Shown piece by piece: positions 9,267-15,652 of a DNA stretch of 61,944 nt. The first letter of the stretch is position 1. Each line of letters opens with the position of its first letter. The DNA is from Clostridia bacterium. GTDB taxonomy: Bacteria; Bacillota; Peptococcia; Peptococcales; BICA1-8. The position numbers and the translations under genes are program-made. The stretch is from contig JASKKI010000005.1 in assembly GCA_030154225.1 (NCBI GenBank), forward strand, positions 1-61,944. The letters run 5' to 3'. The notes under the pieces are model-generated. The model was given only the letters and a program-made list of their open reading frames with translations. It had not been told where the DNA came from and ran no database searches.

Positions 9267-9710
9267 CTATTGAGCAACAATTTTTTTTAGAATTTTTACA
9301 TCTGTTTCTAATTTATCAAGTCTTTCATTGGTTTTAGTTTTAAACTCTAACAAACCTGCTGTTTCCTCAAAAATACTATCCACCTTACGTTGTAGCTCTA
9401 TTATAACAGTTTTTAGTTCTCTTTGTCCTTTTTCTAATTCGGCTTGTCCTTTTTCAAGTTTGGTCAATACATTTTCTAATTCGTCTTGCCGTTTTTCCAA
9501 ATTTGTCAGCCGTTTTTCCAAATTAGTCTGCCCATTTTCCAAATTTGTCAGCCGTTTTTCTAAATTAGCCTGCCCATTTTCCAAATTTGTCAGCCGTTTT
9601 TCTAAATTAGCCTGCCCATTTTCCAAATTAGCCTGCCCTTTTTCTAAGCTTTCAAGTTTATCTAAAATCTGTAGGAGTATTTTTTCACTCAAATCTATTA
9701 CCTCCTCCAT
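9267..9710 (-). CDS. coiled-coil repeat protein (LEKRLTNLENGQAN repeats)
   Basis: GGAGG RBS, 147 aa. The N-terminus resembles the partial gene at 1..148. The central part is built from 14-aa repeats. Confidence 0.7.
   Translation of the reverse strand: MEEVIDLSEKILLQILDKLESLEKGQANLENGQANLEKRLTNLENGQANLEKRLTNLENGQTNLEKRLTNLEKRQDELENVLTKLEKGQAELEKGQRELKTVIIELQRKVDSIFEETAGLLEFKTKTNERLDKLETDVKILKKIVAQ
9497..9645. repeat. 42-bp tandem repeat, 3 near-perfect copies plus a partial copy
   Basis: Units at 9497-9538, 9539-9580 and 9581-9622 (ccaaatttgtcagccgtttttctaaattagcctgcccatttt). The last two are identical. Confidence 0.9.
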
Positions 9711-9764
9711 ATCAACTTATCTATAATTATAGCATGAAAAATGAGCTGGAGTGAGATACTTCTT

Positions 9765-9913
9765 GCCTAATTTTAATAACATTAAGCCAGTTTATTACTT
9801 GTAGTTTTATGAGCAATATCAATTAGATTATTTTAATATTTGCAACCCTCTGCGAATATATAATTAATAAAGTCAAACTTTTTAAATCTTTTACAAATCA
9901 AAAAAGGGATCTG
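9765..9913 (-). pseudogene. degraded fragment of a second C11 peptidase gene
   Basis: About 150 bp aligns by eye with 7947-8100 inside the C11 gene. Translation gives FVKDLKSLTLLIIYSQRVANIK and IDIAHKTTSNKLA in two different frames with stops. Confidence 0.75.
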
Positions 9914-9927
9914 GAATTATTCTATTC

Positions 9928-9954
9928 ACATTTTATAAACCTTTTCATAAAATA
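9928..9954 (+). promoter_or_regulatory. mother-cell-type (sigma-K-like) promoter
   Basis: tCACATTTTAT-N-CATAAAATA: AC, 16 nt, then CATAnnnTA. Confidence 0.45.
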
Positions 9955-10006
9955 ATGTAGGTTATTTGCGAGTAGGTTAAAAATCTAATTAAAGGAGTGT
10001 GAACGA

Positions 10007-10666
10007 ATGCCCCGTTATAGAAAAATCAGTCCTGTTAATATTGAAGAATTTAAAAAGATTGCTAGTGAAAAAAAGCATCTCATAAATGATAGTAACCTGG
10101 GGGAAAAAGAAAATGTTACGAACAATTACCAGGAAGCCGAGAGAAATAATAATTCTTTATTTAAAAGAAAAAAACCATTGAGAAAGACTAGTCAAAACCG
10201 GAGTATTCAGGAAATTGTTTCATCCACCTGTGGTAATCTTAGAGGATTATGCGGAAATATCCGCGCATTTGCTGATAATTTAGATAATTTGCTCAATTCT
10301 GTAGAAACATTAGTACCTGTGGTTAATACACTAGCAAGCGAATATTCCCGCTCTTTTAAATATTTACAAGAAAAACAAAAAGAAACTGAAAATACGAATT
10401 CTACTAATAATAACAGTGAGGAAATTGATAATAATACTGACCAGACTATTGTTAATAACACTAATGAAAATACCGAGTCAGACTCAAAGATTCCCTCTTC
10501 CAATGTAAATAGTAATATTAATAATCAAGATAATATTAATTTAAACCGGAAACAAAATTATACTCCTAAAATGCCATCAGAGGCGGAGCTAAAACAGTTT
10601 TTAAATAATCCTTTAGTTAAGTCATTAATGCAAGCTCTTCTCCAGCAGATGAAACCACAGAAGTAA
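10007..10666 (+). CDS. Asn-rich hypothetical protein (putative late sporulation protein)
   Basis: AAAGGAG RBS, 219 aa. Shares the motif N.R.F.D....LL.SVE..P with 12501..12761. Confidence 0.65.
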   Translation: MPRYRKISPVNIEEFKKIASEKKHLINDSNLGEKENVTNNYQEAERNNNSLFKRKKPLRKTSQNRSIQEIVSSTCGNLRGLCGNIRAFADNLDNLLNSVETLVPVVNTLASEYSRSFKYLQEKQKETENTNSTNNNSEEIDNNTDQTIVNNTNENTESDSKIPSSNVNSNINNQDNINLNRKQNYTPKMPSEAELKQFLNNPLVKSLMQALLQQMKPQK

Positions 10667-10670
10667 GCCT

Positions 10671-10700
10671 TAAAAAAATAGCCCTGGTCGGGCTATTTTT
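10671..10700. terminator. bidirectional terminator
   Basis: TAGCCC-tggtc-GGGCTA flanked by A7 and T6. Confidence 0.75.
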
Positions 10701-10894
10701 TATGGTTGTATTCCCATGCTAGTAGCTATTTTTTGCATTAGTTGTTCCAATTTTTCTTTATTCTCACCTTTACTTTCAATTTCATATATAATCTTTTTAA
10801 TAACCGTACGATTTTCCTCCGGGAGAAGGGCTTCGAATTTTTCAGCTAAAGCTTTGAGCTCTTCAAAGGATTTGGGGAATTTAAATTCATTCAT
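10700..10894 (-). CDS. small helical protein, paralogue of 10927..11136
   Basis: ATG at 10894 lies 8 nt after GGAGG. The sequence ...PKSFEELKALAEKFEALLPEENRTVIKKIIYEIESKG aligns with its neighbour. Confidence 0.6.
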   Translation of the reverse strand: MNEFKFPKSFEELKALAEKFEALLPEENRTVIKKIIYEIESKGENKEKLEQLMQKIATSMGIQP

Positions 10895-10926
10895 GGTTTC
10901 TACCTCCGGCATCTAATATCAACAAT

Positions 10927-11136
10927 TTATTTAAAATTCATCCCGAGTTTACTAATTAAATTTGTAATCAACTGCTCTATATGCTCTTTATCGACATTTT
11001 TCCCTTTAGCTTCAATTTCAGCTAAAATTTCTCTAATTATTTTGCGATTTTCTTCTGGCAAAAAAACTTCAAATTGTTCAAATAATGCTTTAATATCTTC
11101 AAAAGACCTTGGGGGCTGAAACCCATTCATATTCAT
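10927..11136 (-). CDS. small helical protein, paralogue of 10700..10894
   Basis: GGAGG RBS. Sequence ...PRSFEDIKALFEQFEVFLPEENRKIIREILAEIEAKG. Confidence 0.6.
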   Translation of the reverse strand: MNMNGFQPPRSFEDIKALFEQFEVFLPEENRKIIREILAEIEAKGKNVDKEHIEQLITNLISKLGMNFK

Positions 11137-11168
11137 ACTTTTACCTCCATTATTATTTCAAAATGTAA

Positions 11169-11477
11169 CTAATTCGCAGGTCCTAAAGACCTTGTATAAA
11201 GAATACGGTATTCTTCTTCGGGTTTTTCAGTTGCAGAAGCTTCCAGGATAAGTTTTGTTTCAAGAGCACTTTCTTTTTTACCTAAAGATCTGGTATAAAG
11301 GACTCGCATTTCTTTATTAGCCTCCCCATCTTTCACTTTCGCCTTCTTATTAGATCCTAAAAGAGCCAATAATCCTGGTTTACCGGGATTAGAGAAAAAA
11401 TACCGAACAAAATAGAGGACGATAATTATAAGAATTAAGCTAAAAACCTGATTGTTCTTATAAAAATCCCTAATCAT
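11169..11477 (-). CDS. membrane-anchored protein with internal (V/I)LYTRSLG repeat
   Basis: AGGAGGGGAG RBS, N-terminal TM helix, and two copies of R(V/I)LYTRSLG about 35 aa apart. Confidence 0.6.
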   Translation of the reverse strand: MIRDFYKNNQVFSLILIIIVLYFVRYFFSNPGKPGLLALLGSNKKAKVKDGEANKEMRVLYTRSLGKKESALETKLILEASATEKPEEEYRILYTRSLGPAN

Positions 11478-11630
11478 TTAGATACTCCCCTCCTTTTCTC
11501 CTTATAAGTCAATTTATAATATGTCGCTCAGCCTTATTTGTGATAGATACTTTTTAAAAAAATATTTTTACTAACACTAGCCACCAGCAACTAATATCTT
11601 ATTTTTGAAATAGGGTAAAAATGTATTGTG

Positions 11631-11658
11631 ACACAAAACATGTAGTATTCATATTATG
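11631..11658 (+). promoter_or_regulatory. mother-cell-type promoter candidate for peptide gene P1
   Basis: ACAC-N15-17-CATATTATG. The -10 element is a near match. Confidence 0.35.
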
Positions 11659-11707
11659 TTAGTGTGAAGAATCTTTTAATTATTTGATTAGCGAGGGGGC
11701 TTTAATA

Positions 11708-11845
11708 ATGACTGATAATATTGCTGGCAATCCTGGTTTTGGAACATTCTTTACAAATCCATTTTTCGTGAATCTTTTGCAAGTGATTATCATTTATTTC
11801 CTTTTAATGTGGTTGTTCGGATTCCCATTTGGCTTTGCTTACTAA
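11708..11845 (+). CDS. tiny hydrophobic peptide P1 (45 aa), subfamily A
   Basis: GAGGGGG RBS. Sequence MTDNIAGNPGFGTFFTNPFFVNLLQVIIIYFLLMWLFGFPFGFAY. Paralogous to P2 and P3. Confidence 0.7.
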   Translation: MTDNIAGNPGFGTFFTNPFFVNLLQVIIIYFLLMWLFGFPFGFAY

Positions 11846-11865
11846 AATCAAGTGCATACTTATGG

Positions 11866-11905
11866 AAGGGTAAAGCTGAATGGCTTCAGTTTTACCCTTG
11901 CTCTT
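11866..11905 (+). terminator. hairpin after P1
   Basis: AAGGGTAAAGCTGAA/TTCAGTTTTACCCTT with a weak T-run. The stem sequence recurs after P3 and P8. Confidence 0.45.
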
Positions 11906-11945
11906 ATGCATAGACTAAAAAAAAGTAACTGAAAGGAGGAAAATC

Positions 11946-12464
11946 ATGCCCGAATTCAATGAAAGCAGGCCTTACAAAGGTGAAAATAACACGAATGAAA
12001 ATTTAGAAAATAATCTTGAAGAAATTGATTCTCTAGGAGAGGAAACTATAGAAGAAAGTGAAACTTCGTATATTACAAAATCCGAATGGGAAGATCATAG
12101 ACCAGTGAACCCCTTGGATCAAATGGTTTTAGGTATTAAAAACTTTGTAATAAATTTACCAAAATTCCTTTTTCCAGCCCCACCACCTAATTCTCCAAAT
12201 AAACCGGTAAAAATTTTGCTAAAACCCCCTATCAGTCCTGGCAAGAAACCCGGTCCAATTTTACCAAAATTTCCTGTCATTCCCAGTAAAAAACCAGATG
12301 TGTTTTTACCCAAGCCAGCTTCAAAAACTATTACTGCCCCTGTAGGTTTAGGTGGTTATAGCGGAATATTTAACAATTTCTGGTTCGTAACTCTCCTACA
12401 GGTTATTATCATTTTATTCTTTATATTATGGCTCTTTAGTTTTACACGTCCGTACAAATTTTAG
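11946..12464 (+). CDS. acidic/Pro-rich protein carrying the subfamily-A hydrophobic module at its C-terminus
   Basis: AAAGGAGGAAAA RBS, 172 aa. The C-terminus GGYSGIFNNFWFVTLLQVIIILFFILWLFSF aligns with P1-P4. Confidence 0.7.
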   Translation: MPEFNESRPYKGENNTNENLENNLEEIDSLGEETIEESETSYITKSEWEDHRPVNPLDQMVLGIKNFVINLPKFLFPAPPPNSPNKPVKILLKPPISPGKKPGPILPKFPVIPSKKPDVFLPKPASKTITAPVGLGGYSGIFNNFWFVTLLQVIIILFFILWLFSFTRPYKF

Positions 12465-12500
12465 TTTAATATATCCCCAGCAAAAGAGAGGAGGATTAAA

Positions 12501-12761
12501 GTGTCTCAAACTGGAGAAGGAGATGTTCTGCAAAACAAACCAACTCCTAATTTTAAACAGTCCAAAGCAGAAAATTATAGTATTTCAGCTCCTATAATTC
12601 AAACAGTATCTAGCATTAAAGAATTTACCAATAATGTACGTACATTTGTCGATAGTTTTGAACAATTACTAGACTCTGTTGAAAATTTTGCACCATCATT
12701 GGAAAAGGTAGCTAAGGGGACCAGTCAGCTTACCAGAAAGCTAAGACCCCCGGGACGGTGA
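12501..12761 (+). CDS. small hydrophilic protein sharing a motif with 10007..10666
   Basis: GTG start 7 nt after GAGGAGGA. Carries the motif NNVRTFVDSFEQLLDSVENFAP. Confidence 0.55.
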   Translation: MSQTGEGDVLQNKPTPNFKQSKAENYSISAPIIQTVSSIKEFTNNVRTFVDSFEQLLDSVENFAPSLEKVAKGTSQLTRKLRPPGR

Positions 12762-12797
12762 TAAAAACCATTCTTGAAAGTTAAATGCTAACTTCGC

Positions 12798-12824
12798 ACA
12801 TTTTATGTGATTTCACATAGGATA
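12798..12824 (+). promoter_or_regulatory. mother-cell-type (sigma-K-like) promoter for P2
   Basis: gCACATTTTAT-N-CATAGGATA. Confidence 0.45.
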
Positions 12825-12867
12825 TAATGTGATTTAAAACGTTGCACAAGAAGGGGGGTTCTTTAAA

Positions 12868-13008
12868 ATGGCCGATAAAGTTGCCGGTGTAGATGGTTTG
12901 TTCGGAAGTTTCTTTACAAATCCTTTTTTTGTGAATCTTCTACAGGTGATTATCATTTACTTCCTCTTAATGTGGCTCTTTGGTTTCCCATTCGGTTATG
13001 CCTATTAA
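12868..13008 (+). CDS. tiny hydrophobic peptide P2 (46 aa), subfamily A
   Basis: AAGGGGGG RBS. Sequence MADKVAGVDGLFGSFFTNPFFVNLLQVIIIYFLLMWLFGFPFGYAY. Confidence 0.75.
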   Translation: MADKVAGVDGLFGSFFTNPFFVNLLQVIIIYFLLMWLFGFPFGYAY

Positions 13009-13024
13009 ATGAAAAATAAGTAGC

Positions 13025-13050
13025 ACATTTAAATCAAATTTCATAAGATA
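13025..13050 (+). promoter_or_regulatory. mother-cell-type (sigma-K-like) promoter for P3
   Basis: gCACATTTAAA-N-CATAAGATA. Confidence 0.45.
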
Positions 13051-13089
13051 TTTTGCAGAAAAATTTTAAAATTGAAAGGGGGCTTTTTA

Positions 13090-13230
13090 ATGGCTGACAA
13101 AGTTGCTGGTGTAGATGGTTTATTCGGAAGTTTCTTTACAAATCCATTCTTTGTAAACCTTCTACAAGTGATAATCATCTATTTCCTCTTAATGTGGCTC
13201 TTTGGTTTCCCATTTTACGGTTACTGTTAA
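13090..13230 (+). CDS. tiny hydrophobic peptide P3 (46 aa), subfamily A
   Basis: AAAGGGGG RBS. Sequence MADKVAGVDGLFGSFFTNPFFVNLLQVIIIYFLLMWLFGFPFYGYC. There are 13 differences from P2 in codons 1-42 and all are synonymous. Confidence 0.75.
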   Translation: MADKVAGVDGLFGSFFTNPFFVNLLQVIIIYFLLMWLFGFPFYGYC

Positions 13231-13249
13231 AGTTCCGAGATAATTATGA

Positions 13250-13283
13250 GGGTAAAGCTGGTATATCCTGCTTTACCTTTTTA
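13250..13283 (+). terminator. intrinsic terminator after P3
   Basis: GGTAAAGC...GCTTTACC followed by TTTTT. Confidence 0.7.
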
Positions 13284-13334
13284 TAATTAATAGGACCATT
13301 TGTTCATTATCCATTTTTAATAAAATCATATATC

Positions 13335-13361
13335 ACATTTAATTAATTTTTTCATACCATA
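13335..13361 (+). promoter_or_regulatory. mother-cell-type promoter for P4-P5
   Basis: tCACATTTAAT-N-CATACCATA. Confidence 0.45.
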
Positions 13362-13416
13362 TAGTACGAAAGTACGAAAAAATTAATTAAATAACATTGA
13401 AGGGAGGACTTTATTG

Positions 13417-13563
13417 ATGACTGAAGCAACAGAAACAAATGTTAGCGGATTTGGATTTGGTTTTGGTACTCCATTTTTCTGGTTTATAACTCTTCTTCAG
13501 GTGGTAGTAATTCTATTCCTTCTTTGCTGGTTGTTTAGTGTATGTTTCTATGGTTATTATTAA
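13417..13563 (+). CDS. tiny hydrophobic peptide P4 (48 aa), divergent subfamily A
   Basis: GAAGGGAGGA RBS. Sequence MTEATETNVSGFGFGFGTPFFWFITLLQVVVILFLLCWLFSVCFYGYY. Confidence 0.65.
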   Translation: MTEATETNVSGFGFGFGTPFFWFITLLQVVVILFLLCWLFSVCFYGYY

Positions 13564-13623
13564 ACTTTTAATTTATTGTATTTAGTTAAATAATCAAAGT
13601 AAAATTGAAAGGTGGAAAATCTA

Positions 13624-13740
13624 ATGACTGATAATACTGCTGGTCAATATGGCTATGGTTTTGGTTATTACTGGTGGATCTGGATAATTATCATTGGGAT
13701 AATTGTTTTCTTTTTCTTTTGTAGACCCTATTATTATTAA
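13624..13740 (+). CDS. tiny hydrophobic peptide P5 (38 aa), subfamily B
   Basis: AAAGGTGGAAAA RBS. Sequence MTDNTAGQYGYGFGYYWWIWIIIIGIIVFFFFCRPYYY. No promoter lies between P4 and P5. Confidence 0.7.
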   Translation: MTDNTAGQYGYGFGYYWWIWIIIIGIIVFFFFCRPYYY

Positions 13741-13764
13741 TATTCAAGTTTAAGCCAATAATTA

Positions 13765-13808
13765 AGCGGTAATAGTTGGTATTTTTATACTAACTTTACC
13801 GCTTTTTA
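13765..13808 (+). terminator. intrinsic terminator after P5
   Basis: AGCGGTAA...TTACCGCT followed by TTTTT. Confidence 0.7.
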
Positions 13809-13829
13809 ATTATATTGATTAGCTACTGA

Positions 13830-13857
13830 ACAGTTTTCTAATTATATTCATAAAATA
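13830..13857 (+). promoter_or_regulatory. mother-cell-type promoter for P6
   Basis: AC, 17 nt, then CATAAAATA. Confidence 0.4.
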
Positions 13858-13905
13858 TTAATGTAAGGGGCTATCAAAATCAATAACCGAAAGGGGGTTA
13901 AATTA

Positions 13906-14022
13906 ATGGCTGACACCGTTGACCAATATGGATATGGCTATGGCTTTGGTAATTGGTGGTGGATCTGGATAATTATCATCGCGATAATTATCATCTTCTG
14001 CTTCTCCCGACCCTATTATTAA
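13906..14022 (+). CDS. tiny hydrophobic peptide P6 (38 aa), subfamily B
   Basis: AAAGGGGG RBS. Sequence MADTVDQYGYGYGFGNWWWIWIIIIAIIIIFCFSRPYY. Confidence 0.7.
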   Translation: MADTVDQYGYGYGFGNWWWIWIIIIAIIIIFCFSRPYY

Positions 14023-14042
14023 AATAAATAGATAATATCCTG

Positions 14043-14087
14043 AAGCGGCAAAGTTGGTTTTCTAAACCCTCCTTGTCGCTTTTTTTA
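14043..14087 (+). terminator. intrinsic terminator after P6
   Basis: Imperfect stem AGCGGCAAAG/CCTTGTCGCT followed by T7. Confidence 0.55.
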
Positions 14088-14111
14088 ATTAAAAGTTTTG
14101 GTATTTAAGGA

Positions 14112-14138
14112 ACACTCTTAATTACTTTTCATACTATG
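14112..14138 (+). promoter_or_regulatory. mother-cell-type promoter candidate for P7
   Basis: ACAC-N-CATACTATG. The -10 element is also sigma-E-like. Confidence 0.35.
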
Positions 14139-14177
14139 TAATGTAAAAAAACATTACTAAAGAAAGGGGTTTGTTAA

Positions 14178-14309
14178 ATGGCTGATAATACTGCTGGTCA
14201 ATATGGTTATGGTTTTGGTTATTACTGGTGGATCTGGATAATTATCATTGCGGTAATTATTTTCTTCTTCTGCTTTAGAGGGTGTGGCTTTGGCCCTTGC
14301 AATGTTTAG
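14178..14309 (+). CDS. tiny hydrophobic peptide P7 (43 aa), subfamily B with Cys/Gly tail
   Basis: AAAGGGG RBS. Sequence MADNTAGQYGYGFGYYWWIWIIIIAVIIFFFCFRGCGFGPCNV. Confidence 0.7.
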   Translation: MADNTAGQYGYGFGYYWWIWIIIIAVIIFFFCFRGCGFGPCNV

Positions 14310-14351
14310 AGCTTTAAAAAATCAACCTCAAACTTATCTAATCAACTAAAC

Positions 14352-14378
14352 ACATTTTAAAAGTATTTTCATAAGATA
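14352..14378 (+). promoter_or_regulatory. mother-cell-type (sigma-K-like) promoter for P8
   Basis: aCACATTTTAA-N-CATAAGATA. Confidence 0.45.
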
Positions 14379-14426
14379 TTAATGGGAGAAAAACCTCAGG
14401 CTAATAGTGAAAGGAGGCTTAAAAAA

Positions 14427-14552
14427 ATGGCTGATAAAGTTGCAGGTGTAGATGGATATGGTTTTGGCTTTGGCGGCATTTGGCTAGTTTGGGTAGCTTT
14501 TATTGCCTTGTTAATCTTCCTCTTCTGTGGATTTGGGTTTTTCCCATACTAA
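14427..14552 (+). CDS. tiny hydrophobic peptide P8 (41 aa), A/B hybrid
   Basis: AAAGGAGG RBS. Sequence MADKVAGVDGYGFGFGGIWLVWVAFIALLIFLFCGFGFFPY. Confidence 0.7.
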   Translation: MADKVAGVDGYGFGFGGIWLVWVAFIALLIFLFCGFGFFPY

Positions 14553-14569
14553 AGTTCAGTCTCTGAAAA

Positions 14570-14611
14570 AGGGTAAAGCAGGTAATTCATACCAGCTTTA
14601 CCCCTTTTTTT
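14570..14611 (+). terminator. intrinsic terminator closing the peptide array
   Basis: GGGTAAAGC...GCTTTACCC followed by T8. Confidence 0.8.
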
Positions 14612-14685
14612 AAATTAAAAATTATTCTTTTTTCTCTCAACCTTAGCCTTAACCTCAACCTTAAAACCGGCGTAGCCAGTTTTCC

Positions 14686-15045
14686 TTAGTCATTGATAAC
14701 TAATTTTGCGCTTTGCAGATCATCAACAATGGTAAATATCTGATCTAGTTTAGCAAAACCAATGATCTTTTTAACATAGTCGGTCATTCCAACATAAACA
14801 ATTTTCCCCTGTTGTTGATTAATATATTTAAATAAAGCTATGAGCATCCCCAGCCCCGAAGAATCTAATAACGGTACCTGAGAAAGATCTATTATTAACT
14901 GATTAGTATTGCATTTAACCAGTTCTTCTTTAATTTTTTCTTTTAATTCATTGGATTGTAATAAATTCACTTCACCTACCAGTGTTACTTGTAAAATTCC
15001 TTCTTCAAAATTTAATACTAATTCTGCCATTCTCATTAACCTCAC
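14686..15045 (-). CDS. STAS-domain anti-sigma-factor antagonist (SpoIIAA/RsbV-like)
   Basis: Motif LDSSGLGMLIALFK and matching overall length. The true start is probably the ATG at 15030 or 15036, after GTGAGG. Confidence 0.7.
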   Translation of the reverse strand: MRLMRMAELVLNFEEGILQVTLVGEVNLLQSNELKEKIKEELVKCNTNQLIIDLSQVPLLDSSGLGMLIALFKYINQQQGKIVYVGMTDYVKKIIGFAKLDQIFTIVDDLQSAKLVIND

Positions 15046-15193
15046 TTTCCTTAAACATTTTTATTTAATTCTTTTTACTATAATTAAATTGAACCTCATC
15101 CAATTCTCCTGTATCTACTTCTATCAATTATAAACTATTTATATCTTAACTTTTAGTTATCTTTTCGCCAAAATTTAGAAAAATCCTTTAATT

Positions 15194-15412
15194 CTACATA
15201 TTTCTCCAGAATTTTAAGTACTTTACAAGAAACTCTATCCCTTTTATCGGACTGGGTATTTTAATACCTATTACTTGTAAAAAACTTAAGATAAATGCTA
15301 ATAATAATAAAATCAAAAAAAATATAAGTTCACGCCAGTATTTTCTTTGAATAAGACCAGGCACTTCAAATAAAGCTATACCGATAAAAGCTATAATTAA
15401 CAAAATTTTCAT
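15194..15412 (-). CDS. small two-TM membrane protein
   Basis: ATG at 15412 after GGAGAAGGAAA. Sequence MKILLIIAFIGIALFEV... Confidence 0.5.
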   Translation of the reverse strand: MKILLIIAFIGIALFEVPGLIQRKYWRELIFFLILLLLAFILSFLQVIGIKIPSPIKGIEFLVKYLKFWRNM

Positions 15413-15470
15413 TTTCCTTCTCCTTTGTACGTATAATCTGATTGAGGCATCCACTATAAGGTCTAGCTTA

Positions 15471-15652
15471 AATGATGCATCAGACTGAGTAGCTTAAAGT
15501 AGATACATTTCTAAAGCTTAACTTTCACCGGATGCATCATGCTGAATAACCCATAAGGAAATGCGTCCTTTAAGTTTACGGTCATCGGATGCAGACCCAC
15601 AATCTTCAGCCAGAAGTAATTGTCAGACGCACAAGCTTGACCCTTAAATATT
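15471..15652. repeat. array of about 6 degenerate 29-32-bp units (GTCWGAC-type core ... CTTnAC ... TAAGTA)
   Basis: Read by eye. The best unit is ttgtcagacgcacaagcttgacccttaaata (core 15622-15628), and weaker units lie upstream of it at about 30-bp steps. Confidence 0.55.

Noticed and set aside
9328-9726. 132-aa + strand ORF antisense to the coiled-coil gene
   Set aside because: It is a mirror ORF created by the 42-bp repeats. It has a Ser/Phe/Cys-rich nonsense composition and no RBS, whereas the minus-strand gene has an RBS and a clean heptad pattern.
11708-14552. Possibility that the tiny peptides are class II bacteriocin or RiPP precursors
   Set aside because: There is no double-glycine type leader of normal length. 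No ABC exporter/peptidase, immunity or modification genes are nearby. The promoters look sporulation-specific and the peptides are dominated by a TM-like helix.
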